Below the pieces are notes generated by a model that was not told where the DNA came from, did not search any database, and saw only the letters and a list, made by a program, of their open reading frames with translations. From a virus (lineage: Duplodnaviria > Heunggongvirae > Uroviricota > Caudoviricetes): DNA of 64,000 bases. Where the stretch lies: IMG/VR virus record IMGVR_UViG_3300029705_000029; one strand, given 5' to 3'. Made by a program: the position numbers and the translations under genes. This document shows positions 49,712 through 59,707 of this stretch, in pieces (within the stretch, counting starts at the first letter, position 1; each line of letters opens with the position of its first letter).

Positions 49712-50851
49712 ATGATAAATTTTAGACAGTACAGCAATGTAACTAAAATTGTAATTCCAGATGGAGTTACTTTAACAAACAATAATTTTGCTTCAAAATT
49801 TATGTATTTAAGCAATCTTAAAGAAGTTAAATTGTCCAATAAGATTACTCGTATTAGTGCGGCATTTACTTCATGTGGAAGTTTAGTCAGCCCTATTTGT
49901 GGTGACAATATAACTGAAATGCAATATGCGTACAATTCATGTTATAATTTGATTGGTCCGCCTGTATGTGGAAAGAATGTTATCAATATGGCTTCTGCGT
50001 ATAATAATTGTTGGAATTTAACTGGTTCGCCCGTATGTGGTGATAATGTTACAAATATGTCCTCAACATATACTAATTGCAGAAATCTGACAGGCTCGCC
50101 TGTGTGTGGTAAGAATGTAACTAGCATGATAGCAACATACAATTATTGTCAAAAATTAACTGGTTCCCCTGTTTGCGGTGAAAAAATTACAAATATGTGG
50201 CGTACATATTATGGCTGTAGCAATCTAACAGGCTCTCCTGTTTGTGGAGATAATGTTGTAGATATGTATGAGACATATTGCAGTTGTGTTAATTTAACTG
50301 GCTCTCCAGTGTGCGGTAATAAAGTGACTAATATGGCAAATACATATAGATCCTGTAGAAATTTAACTGGTTTTCCCGTATGCGGGCATAATGTTACTAC
50401 ATTGGATTACGCATATTCTAACTGTTCAAATCTAACTGGTTCGCCTGTTTGTGGGCCTAAGGTAACAGATATGATGTTTGCATATCAATCCTGTTATAAC
50501 TTAACAGGTTCTCCTGTGTGTGGAGATAGTGTTGTAGATATGTATGGTACATATCAAAATTGTACAAATCTATATGGCAATTCTTATTTTTATTCTGTAA
50601 GTGTAAATCGCGCTACAGGTTGCTTTAAAGGTCGCAATACTGCAAACATTCTACGCATTTACACAGTAAAGAATTCTACCACAATGACAACACTACTAAC
50701 CAACAACACTTCTTCCCTCGTCGGCGCAGCCATCACATGGACTGATGACATCACAACAAACGGCTGCTATTACAACACCCAATACAACATTTACATCTAC
50801 CCCGTAGATGATGTAGCCGCCGCACGTACAGCAAACGGCGATGACGAATAA
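49712..50851 (+). CDS. Cys-rich LRR-like solenoid (10 x 23-aa NLTGSPVCG repeats)
   Basis: Repeats counted in the translation. Confidence 0.75.
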   Translation: MINFRQYSNVTKIVIPDGVTLTNNNFASKFMYLSNLKEVKLSNKITRISAAFTSCGSLVSPICGDNITEMQYAYNSCYNLIGPPVCGKNVINMASAYNNCWNLTGSPVCGDNVTNMSSTYTNCRNLTGSPVCGKNVTSMIATYNYCQKLTGSPVCGEKITNMWRTYYGCSNLTGSPVCGDNVVDMYETYCSCVNLTGSPVCGNKVTNMANTYRSCRNLTGFPVCGHNVTTLDYAYSNCSNLTGSPVCGPKVTDMMFAYQSCYNLTGSPVCGDSVVDMYGTYQNCTNLYGNSYFYSVSVNRATGCFKGRNTANILRIYTVKNSTTMTTLLTNNTSSLVGAAITWTDDITTNGCYYNTQYNIYIYPVDDVAAARTANGDDE

Positions 50852-50887
50852 ATAATCAAAAAAAATATAAAAAGGAAGGTATTATAT

Positions 50888-51934
50888 ATGAAGAAATATA
50901 ACCGTAAAATTGATGTAATTATACCCGCCTACAATGTGCCAGATCATGTCCTATTTCGTTGTCTTTCTAGCATTTCTTGCCAAGACATCGTATCTGACCT
51001 TGAGGTAACCATTGTAGATGACGCTTCAACTAAACAGAACTACGCTGAAGTAATTAAAGCTTTTACTCCGGTAATGAAAATCAATCTGCTACGATACGAA
51101 ATTAATGGTGGTCCAGGCGTGGCACGTCAATATGGTATTGATCACACCAAGAACGGTTATATGACCTTCATTGATGCCGACGATACTCTAAATGGAGCCT
51201 TCGCACTCAAAGCACTGCGCAACGGCATTGAAATGGGAGACGGCATCTTCCATATGTGCGTTGGTGTTTTTGATGAAGTGCATGAGGAAGGGTTTAAGCC
51301 TGGTGAAGGCCCAATTCTAATGACACATGAGCAGGATATGGTTTGGATGTTTGGTAAGCTTTATCGTAGAAGTTTTATCGACAGATATAAGATTCACTTC
51401 CATGAAAGCTCTAGAGCAAATGAAGATAATGGCTTCAATACCATGATTCGTCTGTGTTCTAGCGATCAAGAACAGATCAACTTCATTCCTGCTCATGTGT
51501 ATTATTGGCATGAGAATCCCAACAGCATTACTCGCGCAAATGACTGCCAGTATAGCTACGGCAGCTCTGAGCGTGATAGCTTCTATGGTTATGTTGAAAA
51601 TATGATTTTTGCAATCAAGGAAGCTAAGACCAGAAAGCCATATAATGGTTTTATTACAATGTGGTCTGTAATGTGCATGTTAAATATTTATGAGTATTAC
51701 ATTGAATGTTATGCTCGCGCAAGAGAGCATGCGGATACTAATTTCAAGTGGTGTAAGCGTTATTATGACGAAGTTTATAGTTTAATTGAACATGATATTT
51801 CCGATGAAATTCTTGCAGAGCATTATAACGATGTAATGAAGAATGCTTATATGGGGGACAAGCTGAATGGCATTATTCCTTGTATGGGCATTTATGAATT
51901 TTTAGATAAACTAAAGGACGCAAGTGTTGATTGA
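50888..51934 (+). CDS. glycosyltransferase family 2
   Basis: IDVIIPAYN, IVDDAST, NGGPGVARQYG, FIDADD (DxD), NED. Confidence 0.9.
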   Translation: MKKYNRKIDVIIPAYNVPDHVLFRCLSSISCQDIVSDLEVTIVDDASTKQNYAEVIKAFTPVMKINLLRYEINGGPGVARQYGIDHTKNGYMTFIDADDTLNGAFALKALRNGIEMGDGIFHMCVGVFDEVHEEGFKPGEGPILMTHEQDMVWMFGKLYRRSFIDRYKIHFHESSRANEDNGFNTMIRLCSSDQEQINFIPAHVYYWHENPNSITRANDCQYSYGSSERDSFYGYVENMIFAIKEAKTRKPYNGFITMWSVMCMLNIYEYYIECYARAREHADTNFKWCKRYYDEVYSLIEHDISDEILAEHYNDVMKNAYMGDKLNGIIPCMGIYEFLDKLKDASVD

Positions 51935-51961
51935 TTATTACAGAAAGGAGGCAAGGTATGA

Positions 51962-54100
51962 GTGAGTGGTTCATATAAAATATACGCCTCTGAAAATTAC
52001 GTCTCAGAACAAATAAATGTAGCTATCGAATCTTTAAAGGACGATGGTTACATTGTTGAACCAAAGTCAAATGATATACCAAAAGTTTTTATAGATGGTA
52101 TAATCCCGACTACAAAGGACGATGCGCTTGCAGAGTTGACTTATATTTCCGCGACGCACCAATTCCATGCTTATTTATTAATTAAGTGTCAAGGAACTTC
52201 GTCTATGAAATATCCAAAGAAAAACTTTACCATAAAGCTATATAAAGATGAGGCTCGTTCCGAAAAATTTAAAATAAATTTTAAGGGCTGGGGACGGCAG
52301 TATAAATTCTGTTTGAAAGCAAATTGGATAGATATATCTCACACAAGGAATATTGTGTCAGCTCAAATTGCCGGAGACATTGTTAAGACGCGTCCAAATT
52401 ATTTAGAGCTTCCTGAGCTTTTGCGCACCAGTCCAAACCAGGGCATGATAGATGGCTTTCCAATTAAAGTATACGCAAATGGTATATATCAAGGCCGGTA
52501 TACTTGGAATATTCCAAAGGATGCTTGGATGACTAACATGGATGGTTCGCTTGATAACCATTGCATTCTTTGCGGTGAAAATTATGTAGGCGGATGTTTT
52601 CGCGCCCTACCTTTAATAGATGGAACTGACTGGTCTGACGAAGTTCATGATAGTGCTCCAGCTTCCATAGTGTCTCGCTGGTCTGAAGTTGTAAATTTTG
52701 TAATGACAAGCAGCGATGAAGATTTTAAAGCAAATATAAGCAATTATATTGATTTGCAAAGTCTAATTGATTATCATATATTCGGCATATATGCTTGTGG
52801 TTCAGACTCGTATGGTAAAAATCAAATCTATTTAACTTACGATGGAATTAAATGGTATGCCTCACTTTACGATCTTGATACTACTTGGGGTTTGTATTGG
52901 AATGGTGAAGCTGTAATGGGTTATGACTATGGACGAGAAAAATATGAAGATAGGATTCAAAATAGAGAAGGTAACCTTCTATTTGAGAGAATAGAGCAAA
53001 ATTTTTATTTAGAGCTTCAAGCTAGATGGGCAGAATTAAAACAATCTGCTTTGTCTATGTCCAACGTCATTAATCGTTTTGAAAGATTTTCTGACTTATT
53101 CACTTCTGATTTGATTAAAGAAGATTATGCTTCTACTACTGCTGGCGGTGCTTATAGTGGAATTCCTTCCGTGGCCAAAAATAATATTCAACAGATTAGA
53201 AATTTTGCAGCCGCACGCAGAAGTTGGACTGATGAGTATTTTAATAGCTTAACTCCAGTAGTAAGAATTCCTTGTACTGGTATTACATTATCTGCGACTG
53301 AATTAATTTTCTTAGAAGCAAGCTCTCAAACCATTACTGCTTCTGTAACTCCAGTAGATACCACAGATAAAATTATTTGGTCTTCTGATAATACTGAAGT
53401 AGTAATAGTAGAGAATGGAGTTGTAACCGCTATTGACAATGGTACAGCTACTATAACCGCTACTTGCGGCGACTATTCTGCTACTTGTTCAATTTCTGTT
53501 TCTGGTATTGAAGAACCAGTAATTCCAGATGAACCAGAAGTTGATGAAAGAATTCTCTATCAACTACCTGAACCTACTACCTTTACTGGCTCTAATTATA
53601 TTGACACTGGTGTAGCACCTCTTGCCGAAGATAAACCATTTACTCTTATACTTGACTGGACGCACACTGGTGAAAGTGAATTCGTTGGAAGCAGATATGT
53701 TATTGCTCATGCTATGACAGAAACTTCTCCATATCCAGGTATTATTCTACAATACAATAGTAATGGTATTGTTTCTGAATATAGACAGGGCACAAATACT
53801 ATTTCTTCTAACTCTACCAGCGGTCTCATTGACAATGCTGACCTACATCGCGTAAAGGTTGTATATCGCAAGGACGAAAGTGGTAAAGTTACTGTCGCGA
53901 GATGTTACAATGAAAATGGACAAATCCATAAGAATGAAAAAACTATGGATTATTACGCAGTACATGAAGAGCTACGACTTGGATGTTATCGCTCCAACGT
54001 TGGAGGAACAGGACGTTTTGCTAAGGGTCTCTTAAATGATTGTAAGATTTATAACTACGCATTAAGCGATGAACAGATGGAAGAATTACTTACAATGTGA
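51962..54100 (+). CDS. CotH-type kinase fused to Ig-like (Big_2) and LamG/ConA-like domains
   Basis: QGTSSMKYPKKNFTIKL, LKANWID, GFPI...YQGRY, DSYGKN, YDLDTTWG; IIWSSDN..VVIVENGVVTAIDNGTATITATCG; DCKIYNYALSDEQ. Confidence 0.8.
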   Translation: MSGSYKIYASENYVSEQINVAIESLKDDGYIVEPKSNDIPKVFIDGIIPTTKDDALAELTYISATHQFHAYLLIKCQGTSSMKYPKKNFTIKLYKDEARSEKFKINFKGWGRQYKFCLKANWIDISHTRNIVSAQIAGDIVKTRPNYLELPELLRTSPNQGMIDGFPIKVYANGIYQGRYTWNIPKDAWMTNMDGSLDNHCILCGENYVGGCFRALPLIDGTDWSDEVHDSAPASIVSRWSEVVNFVMTSSDEDFKANISNYIDLQSLIDYHIFGIYACGSDSYGKNQIYLTYDGIKWYASLYDLDTTWGLYWNGEAVMGYDYGREKYEDRIQNREGNLLFERIEQNFYLELQARWAELKQSALSMSNVINRFERFSDLFTSDLIKEDYASTTAGGAYSGIPSVAKNNIQQIRNFAAARRSWTDEYFNSLTPVVRIPCTGITLSATELIFLEASSQTITASVTPVDTTDKIIWSSDNTEVVIVENGVVTAIDNGTATITATCGDYSATCSISVSGIEEPVIPDEPEVDERILYQLPEPTTFTGSNYIDTGVAPLAEDKPFTLILDWTHTGESEFVGSRYVIAHAMTETSPYPGIILQYNSNGIVSEYRQGTNTISSNSTSGLIDNADLHRVKVVYRKDESGKVTVARCYNENGQIHKNEKTMDYYAVHEELRLGCYRSNVGGTGRFAKGLLNDCKIYNYALSDEQMEELLTM

Positions 54101-54111
54101 GGTGAATAATT

Positions 54112-55296
54112 ATGAATGATTCATATAAAGTATATGCTTCTCAAGAATATGTAGATAATAAAGTACCAGAGGCGCAAGGTGCGCATAAGCAGCTTGTAAC
54201 CGATGCAGATGGCAATGTGAAGTGGGAAGATAGAGCTGGTGGGTATAGCGTCGGTCCAATCGAAAGTGTTTTAATGGAGGAACAAACGATATCGTTTACG
54301 TATGACACAGATGCGACAATGTCCGCCCCATCGAACTGGCCAGAGACTCGATTGGAAATAGTAGCTGGAAACACATATCATGTTTATATCGACGGCGCAA
54401 CATATACATGTAATGCTACAGCATTTTATTCATATGTATTAATCGGTAATGCGGCTGTGTTAGGAATGGACGACACGGGCGAGCCTTTTTTATGGATGGA
54501 TAATGGGGCGCAGCAGATGTTGTATATGTTCTCTGACACTTCCGATGCTGAACATATAATAAGAATTTCAGAGATTAAAATCGTTGATATTACAATTCCG
54601 GGCAAGTATCTTCCGATCGCTTCTGATGATTCATACGGCTCTGTGAAGCTCACAGACATTGTTACCACGTATGTGTTTTCCTCTGATTACCCTAACGCTT
54701 CCCAGATGCAAGAAGCTGTATCTAAACTCAATGAGGGCAGAGCGACAATCGTGTGGCAAGGTGAACGATACGTAGATGGGTTCTTGGATGATGATCTAAA
54801 CATCTATTTAAAGCGGCTCGACGAAGTGACGTGTTATCGCAAATACCCCCTTCGATTAGAAGAAGGAACCCAAGAATATTATAGCCTTAACATGTTCGAG
54901 CGCGCCGAGGAAACGAGCGACATCTTTCTGAAGACAAAAGGAACACCCGGAATTTCGGCACGTTTTTGCATAGGCAGTGATAACATCCCTATTATCGTTA
55001 GGTCCGACGACAACCAAACTATATGGACCCCATCGACCAAGGTTTCAGAACTGGAAAACGATGCTGGATATATTACAAGTTATACTGAAACCGATCCTAC
55101 CGTGCCAGCTTGGGCGAAGGAGCCAAATAAACCTACATATGCTGCCAGCGAAATTGGTGCAGGCACTTTGGCTGGCGAAGTAGTTGCAAGCACATCTTCT
55201 CAAGCGCCAGATACCGCTTTGCTTAGAAACAGTAAATTAGTTTCAACAGACACTAATCCAACCGTTAATGGCGAAATTTATTGGACCTACGGTTAA
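54112..55296 (+). CDS. fibre protein with variable domain
   Basis: LVTDADGNVKWEDR, TKVSELENDAGYITSYTETDPTVPAWAK. Confidence 0.6.
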   Translation: MNDSYKVYASQEYVDNKVPEAQGAHKQLVTDADGNVKWEDRAGGYSVGPIESVLMEEQTISFTYDTDATMSAPSNWPETRLEIVAGNTYHVYIDGATYTCNATAFYSYVLIGNAAVLGMDDTGEPFLWMDNGAQQMLYMFSDTSDAEHIIRISEIKIVDITIPGKYLPIASDDSYGSVKLTDIVTTYVFSSDYPNASQMQEAVSKLNEGRATIVWQGERYVDGFLDDDLNIYLKRLDEVTCYRKYPLRLEEGTQEYYSLNMFERAEETSDIFLKTKGTPGISARFCIGSDNIPIIVRSDDNQTIWTPSTKVSELENDAGYITSYTETDPTVPAWAKEPNKPTYAASEIGAGTLAGEVVASTSSQAPDTALLRNSKLVSTDTNPTVNGEIYWTYG

Positions 55297-55308
55297 GGAG
55301 GTTGTTTT

Positions 55309-57726
55309 ATGGCTCATAAAGTTTTAGTGGGCGGAACAGCCTATAATGTAACTGGCGGTAAAAGCATGGTTAGCGGCACAGTGTATGGTATTAAAAAAGG
55401 TAGAACTTTAGTTGGTGGAACTGGATATGATATTAAGTTTCTAGAAGATGCTTATGCTATGTTGTATAGTAGTGGTAACTTTGTATTCCAAAGAGGCGAC
55501 GATGTTGCTGAGGGAGAGACGTTAGTTAAGAGTTATACTGGGTTTGAGGACAAAAAACCAGATACTGTGGTTGAAACACTATGGTATGGATATAGAAATA
55601 ATATTATAAATGTTTCTTTTAAAGATGAAATAACTCCAATTTCACTATTTGCTTGGTTTTACACTTCACGAAATATTAAAATTATGGACCCTACTAATTT
55701 AAATTTAAGTCGCGCAACAAGTATGAGCAGAGCTTTTGAAGATTGTTATAATTTAATTAGATATCCTATATGTGGCGAAAATATTACTACTATGTATAGA
55801 GCATATAGCGATTGTTATAATTTAACAGGTTCTCCAGTATGCGGCAATAATGTCATTAATATGGCTAATACATATTATTACTGCAATAATTTAACTGGCT
55901 CTCCTATATGCGGTGAAAGAGTAATTGATATGAATTATTCATATTATAATTGCTCAAACTTAACTGGCTCACCTGTTTGTGGCGATAATGTTGTTAGTAT
56001 GGCACGTACATATACCAATTGTATAAACTTAACTGGCTCGCCTGTTTGTGGCAAAGAAGTTGTTGATATGACTGCCACTTATAGCAATTGCTATAACTTA
56101 ACAGGTCAACCAGTTTGTGGCGAAAAAGTTACCACTATGAGTTATGCTTACCATAGTTGCACTAATCTTACAGGACATGTTGTTGTAGGTGAAAATGTTA
56201 CAAATATTTCCCACACATATTATTCATGTAGAAATCTTACAGGGTCTCCAGTATGTGGAGATAAGATTACAAATATGTATATGGCATATATGCAATGTTA
56301 TAATTTAACTGGCTCTCCTGTGTGTGGAAATAATGTTATTGATATGTTTCGTGCTTATGAATCCTGTTCAAATCTAACGGGTTCGCCAGTTTGCGGGCCA
56401 AATGTGACTAATATGTGTAGCGCGTATTCGAGCTGCAAAGGTTTAACAGGGGTTCCAGCATGTGGCGATAAAGTTATAAATATGGCAAGTGCATTTTCAG
56501 GATGTACTGGTTTAACTGGAAACCCAATATGTGGAAGTAATGTAACGGACATGGGTAGTGCTTACGCGGGCTGTACGGGTTTAACTGGCGTTCCAGTTTG
56601 CGGCGATAATGTAACAAGCATGGAGAGTACTTATAGAGGATGTATTAATTTAACTGGTTCACCTGTTTGCGGAGAAAATGTTATTCATATGCCTAGTACC
56701 TATGAAAACTGCTTTAATATAACTGGTTCTCCTGTATGTGGTAGTAATGTAACTTCTATGCAACGCACTTATGCAAATTGTTATAACTTAACAGGTTCTC
56801 CAGTCTGTGGGGAGAATGTTACAAGTATGGCGGGCGCATATTATAGATCTGGCGTAACTGGTTCCCCTGTATGTGGAGACAAGGTTACAACAATGCGTGA
56901 AACTTATGCTTCTAGTAAAATAACAGGCTCTCCAGTCTGTGGACCAAATGTAATAGATATGTATTATACTTATGTAGATTGCAGCATAACTGGTTCTCCA
57001 GTTTGTGGAAATAATGTTACGAACATGAGCTGGGCATATTATGGCTGTAAAAAGCTTAATGGTCTTCCTGTTTGTGGAAAGAATGTTATTAATATGATTA
57101 GAACATATTATGGTTGTACCAATTTAATTGGTTCACCAGCATGTGGAAATAGTGTTGTAGATATGTTTGCCGCTTATGAAGCATGCAAAAATTTAACTGG
57201 TTCACCTATTTGTGGGGAAAATGTTGTTAGAATATCCAGTACATATCAAAATTGCACCAATCTTGCCACAAATGGATATTTCTATTCAGCAATTATTTCT
57301 GATGCCTCAAATTGCTTTAATGGCAGAAATAGACAAACATATTTAAACCTTTATGTTCCAGTTAATTCTGTTACTTTAAATACTGTTTTGATTAATAACT
57401 CCAATTCTCTCATAGGCAGAACAATAACTTGGACAAATGATATTGCCACAAATGGCTGTTATTACAACACTGCATATAATATTTATATTTATCCAGTGGA
57501 AAGCGTAGAAGCCACACGGTTTGAAAACGAATTTGATGAAACATTAAATTTATCAGATGAAAATGATGATAGATATTTTGATGTTATTGAAGAATCCATC
57601 AAAGCTAAAACAGAATGGGTATGCGCGGCGACTTCATTGAGTATTGATAACGGATATGCATTCGCTATAAGTGTAAATCTACATGATCTAGAAAATGTAA
57701 CAATTGAAAATATGGAGGTGAAATAA
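55309..57726 (+). CDS. Cys-rich LRR-like solenoid (about 22 GSPVCG repeats)
   Basis: Repeats counted in the translation; C-terminal cap shared with 49712-50851. Confidence 0.75.
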   Translation: MAHKVLVGGTAYNVTGGKSMVSGTVYGIKKGRTLVGGTGYDIKFLEDAYAMLYSSGNFVFQRGDDVAEGETLVKSYTGFEDKKPDTVVETLWYGYRNNIINVSFKDEITPISLFAWFYTSRNIKIMDPTNLNLSRATSMSRAFEDCYNLIRYPICGENITTMYRAYSDCYNLTGSPVCGNNVINMANTYYYCNNLTGSPICGERVIDMNYSYYNCSNLTGSPVCGDNVVSMARTYTNCINLTGSPVCGKEVVDMTATYSNCYNLTGQPVCGEKVTTMSYAYHSCTNLTGHVVVGENVTNISHTYYSCRNLTGSPVCGDKITNMYMAYMQCYNLTGSPVCGNNVIDMFRAYESCSNLTGSPVCGPNVTNMCSAYSSCKGLTGVPACGDKVINMASAFSGCTGLTGNPICGSNVTDMGSAYAGCTGLTGVPVCGDNVTSMESTYRGCINLTGSPVCGENVIHMPSTYENCFNITGSPVCGSNVTSMQRTYANCYNLTGSPVCGENVTSMAGAYYRSGVTGSPVCGDKVTTMRETYASSKITGSPVCGPNVIDMYYTYVDCSITGSPVCGNNVTNMSWAYYGCKKLNGLPVCGKNVINMIRTYYGCTNLIGSPACGNSVVDMFAAYEACKNLTGSPICGENVVRISSTYQNCTNLATNGYFYSAIISDASNCFNGRNRQTYLNLYVPVNSVTLNTVLINNSNSLIGRTITWTNDIATNGCYYNTAYNIYIYPVESVEATRFENEFDETLNLSDENDDRYFDVIEESIKAKTEWVCAATSLSIDNGYAFAISVNLHDLENVTIENMEVK

Positions 57727-57728
57727 GA

Positions 57729-58811
57729 ATGAATTATAATTCTATAGATGAAATTTTATCTGCTGGTATTACAAACATGGAAGTAATTAGGGACAATACC
57801 AAACAAGATGATGGCACAGATACCATTACTGGCGTATCATGGTTTACTTTTAATGGAACTGTTGCGTCCACTATTTACGTAAGTGGCAACTCTTGGATTG
57901 GGTTTGGCTCAAGTTCAGAACATTTAAAAGTAAATAGAAGAAATGGAGCAATGTGGTCATTTTATAGAGAAGAAGGAACATTATATGATTATTATAAATT
58001 TCTAAAGATAAGATGGAAAGGATACAGCCGAAATAGTCAAACTTCATTTTCGTATGCTATAGAATATGACGTAATTCTTTGGGATACTGGCGATATATCT
58101 CTCCATATGATTTCCATTCCTACTTCATATAATACTGGAACATATTCGTTAGTTGCCTCTTCTACTTATACTTATAATGTTTCTACTACATCTCCATATG
58201 TTACATTTACAAAAACGGACGCGGGATTTGATGTAAAAAATGAAATTATTAACTTAGAGTTTCCATACGAAAAAATATATTTAATTCGTTCTGGTTCTAC
58301 TTACTATACTGTTGTGAATGACGTTCTTAGTGAAGTTATTGGTGCAGATATTTCTTCTACAACATTTTTAAATTATGGTATTAAAATGATTCCAGAATTA
58401 TCTTTGTTAGCTGGTTTGTCCAATCCTGAAATACTTTATTGGACTGACAGTGAAAAGTGTCTTATAAACAATTTAAGAATTCAAGGTTCACCTTCTCCTC
58501 AATTAATACACTACAATCCACAAACTATACCAGAAGGTTCAGGAATCAAAGGAATTGAAGCAAAACGTGCACATGATGATGTTTTATTCACCATCACTTT
58601 CAATGGTGGCACAACATGGCATTATTATGATACTGTAACCATGACATGGATTACGGCAGAGTCAAATTTAGTTGGTATGAGTCCATCTGTTCTAAAAGCT
58701 TTGATACCAAGTATATGGGCAGAAATTACAACGTCTTCTACGTTTCAAATTCGTTGCTTGTTGCCATCAACAGAAAGTTATGTTGATAAAATATATGTTG
58801 GATATGTTTAA
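57729..58811 (+). CDS. beta-rich virion-associated protein
   Basis: WFTFNG...IYVSGNSWIGFG (NIDO-like) and TFNGGTTW Asp-box. Confidence 0.45.
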   Translation: MNYNSIDEILSAGITNMEVIRDNTKQDDGTDTITGVSWFTFNGTVASTIYVSGNSWIGFGSSSEHLKVNRRNGAMWSFYREEGTLYDYYKFLKIRWKGYSRNSQTSFSYAIEYDVILWDTGDISLHMISIPTSYNTGTYSLVASSTYTYNVSTTSPYVTFTKTDAGFDVKNEIINLEFPYEKIYLIRSGSTYYTVVNDVLSEVIGADISSTTFLNYGIKMIPELSLLAGLSNPEILYWTDSEKCLINNLRIQGSPSPQLIHYNPQTIPEGSGIKGIEAKRAHDDVLFTITFNGGTTWHYYDTVTMTWITAESNLVGMSPSVLKALIPSIWAEITTSSTFQIRCLLPSTESYVDKIYVGYV

Positions 58812-58831
58812 ATAAAAAGAATACAAAATAA

Positions 58832-58871
58832 AAAATGCTTGCGTGAGGATATACACTTGCGTAAGCATTTT
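58832..58871 (+). terminator. hairpin/terminator
   Basis: AAAATGCTTGCGTGAG...CTTGCGTAAGCATTTT. Confidence 0.5.
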
Positions 58872-58909
58872 GGATAAACCAAAACTTCTTAATAGGAGGT
58901 TGATTAATA

Positions 58910-59278
58910 ATGGCGACTTATATTGAGATTAACGAAGTAAGATATCCTGCCAGTATTACTGGCAGACTAGTTGATAGAGACTGGGATGACAGAGAATCCA
59001 AGGCTATCAAGTTAGAGATGTCTTACGCTGATGCTATTGCGCTTTTCGTTGATGATATTTCTTGGAGTATTGTTCAGGACATTGAAGAAGTTACTGTAGA
59101 ATATGACGAAGAGGCAGGCGAAATGGTGTCTAAAACTACAACTAAGTATGAATATTTTGATAACAGCGAATATAGCATTGCTGGCGATGTTGTAGATCAC
59201 AGAGATGGTACTGTTACTGTAAAAATGGGCAAGTCTACTGCGGCAGAATTGCTTGCTATGCTTGAGGAGGTGCTGTAA
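58910..59278 (+). CDS. hypothetical tail-fibre-associated protein
   Basis: AGDVVDHRDGTVTVKMGK; AGGAGG RBS. Confidence 0.55.
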   Translation: MATYIEINEVRYPASITGRLVDRDWDDRESKAIKLEMSYADAIALFVDDISWSIVQDIEEVTVEYDEEAGEMVSKTTTKYEYFDNSEYSIAGDVVDHRDGTVTVKMGKSTAAELLAMLEEVL

Positions 59279-59280
59279 TT

Positions 59281-59682
59281 ATGCTGACAAAATCTAAAGC
59301 AAAAGCAATTGTAGATGCTCTTGTTAAACTTCGTAATTTGGCTACAGATGAACAAGCGATAGAAGTTCCTGCGCTGTATCCAGTTTGGTCAGAAGAAATT
59401 ATGTATGAAGTTGGCGAGAGAGTTGTATATAATGATGTTTTATACAAGGTGCTGCAATCACACACTTCTCAAGCAGATTGGACTCCAGATGTAGCAGTTA
59501 GCCTATTTGCTAAAGTTCTTATTGTGGATGAAAATGTTGTTTCTGAATGGGAGCAGCCTGAAAGTACTAATCCTTATATGACTGGCGATAAAGTTTCTTA
59601 TAATGGTAAGACTTATGTTTCTACTGTTGATAATAACGTATGGTCGCCCGACACATATGGTTGGCAGGAAGTAACTGAATAA
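59281..59682 (+). CDS. CBM5/12 (chitin-binding-like) carbohydrate-binding protein
   Basis: YPVW...YEVGERVVYNDVLYKVLQSHTSQADWTP and a second YMTGDKVSYNGKTY repeat. Confidence 0.8.
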   Translation: MLTKSKAKAIVDALVKLRNLATDEQAIEVPALYPVWSEEIMYEVGERVVYNDVLYKVLQSHTSQADWTPDVAVSLFAKVLIVDENVVSEWEQPESTNPYMTGDKVSYNGKTYVSTVDNNVWSPDTYGWQEVTE

Positions 59683-59707
59683 AACTTAATACTCACATCG
59701 ATAGGAG

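Noticed and set aside
49850..57260. 69-bp periodic repeats as a CRISPR array
   Set aside because: Degenerate at synonymous positions, inside long open frames, no cas genes
38909..57726. Invertase-driven shufflon
   Set aside because: All fibre genes are on one strand; no inverted crossover sites or recombinase in the window
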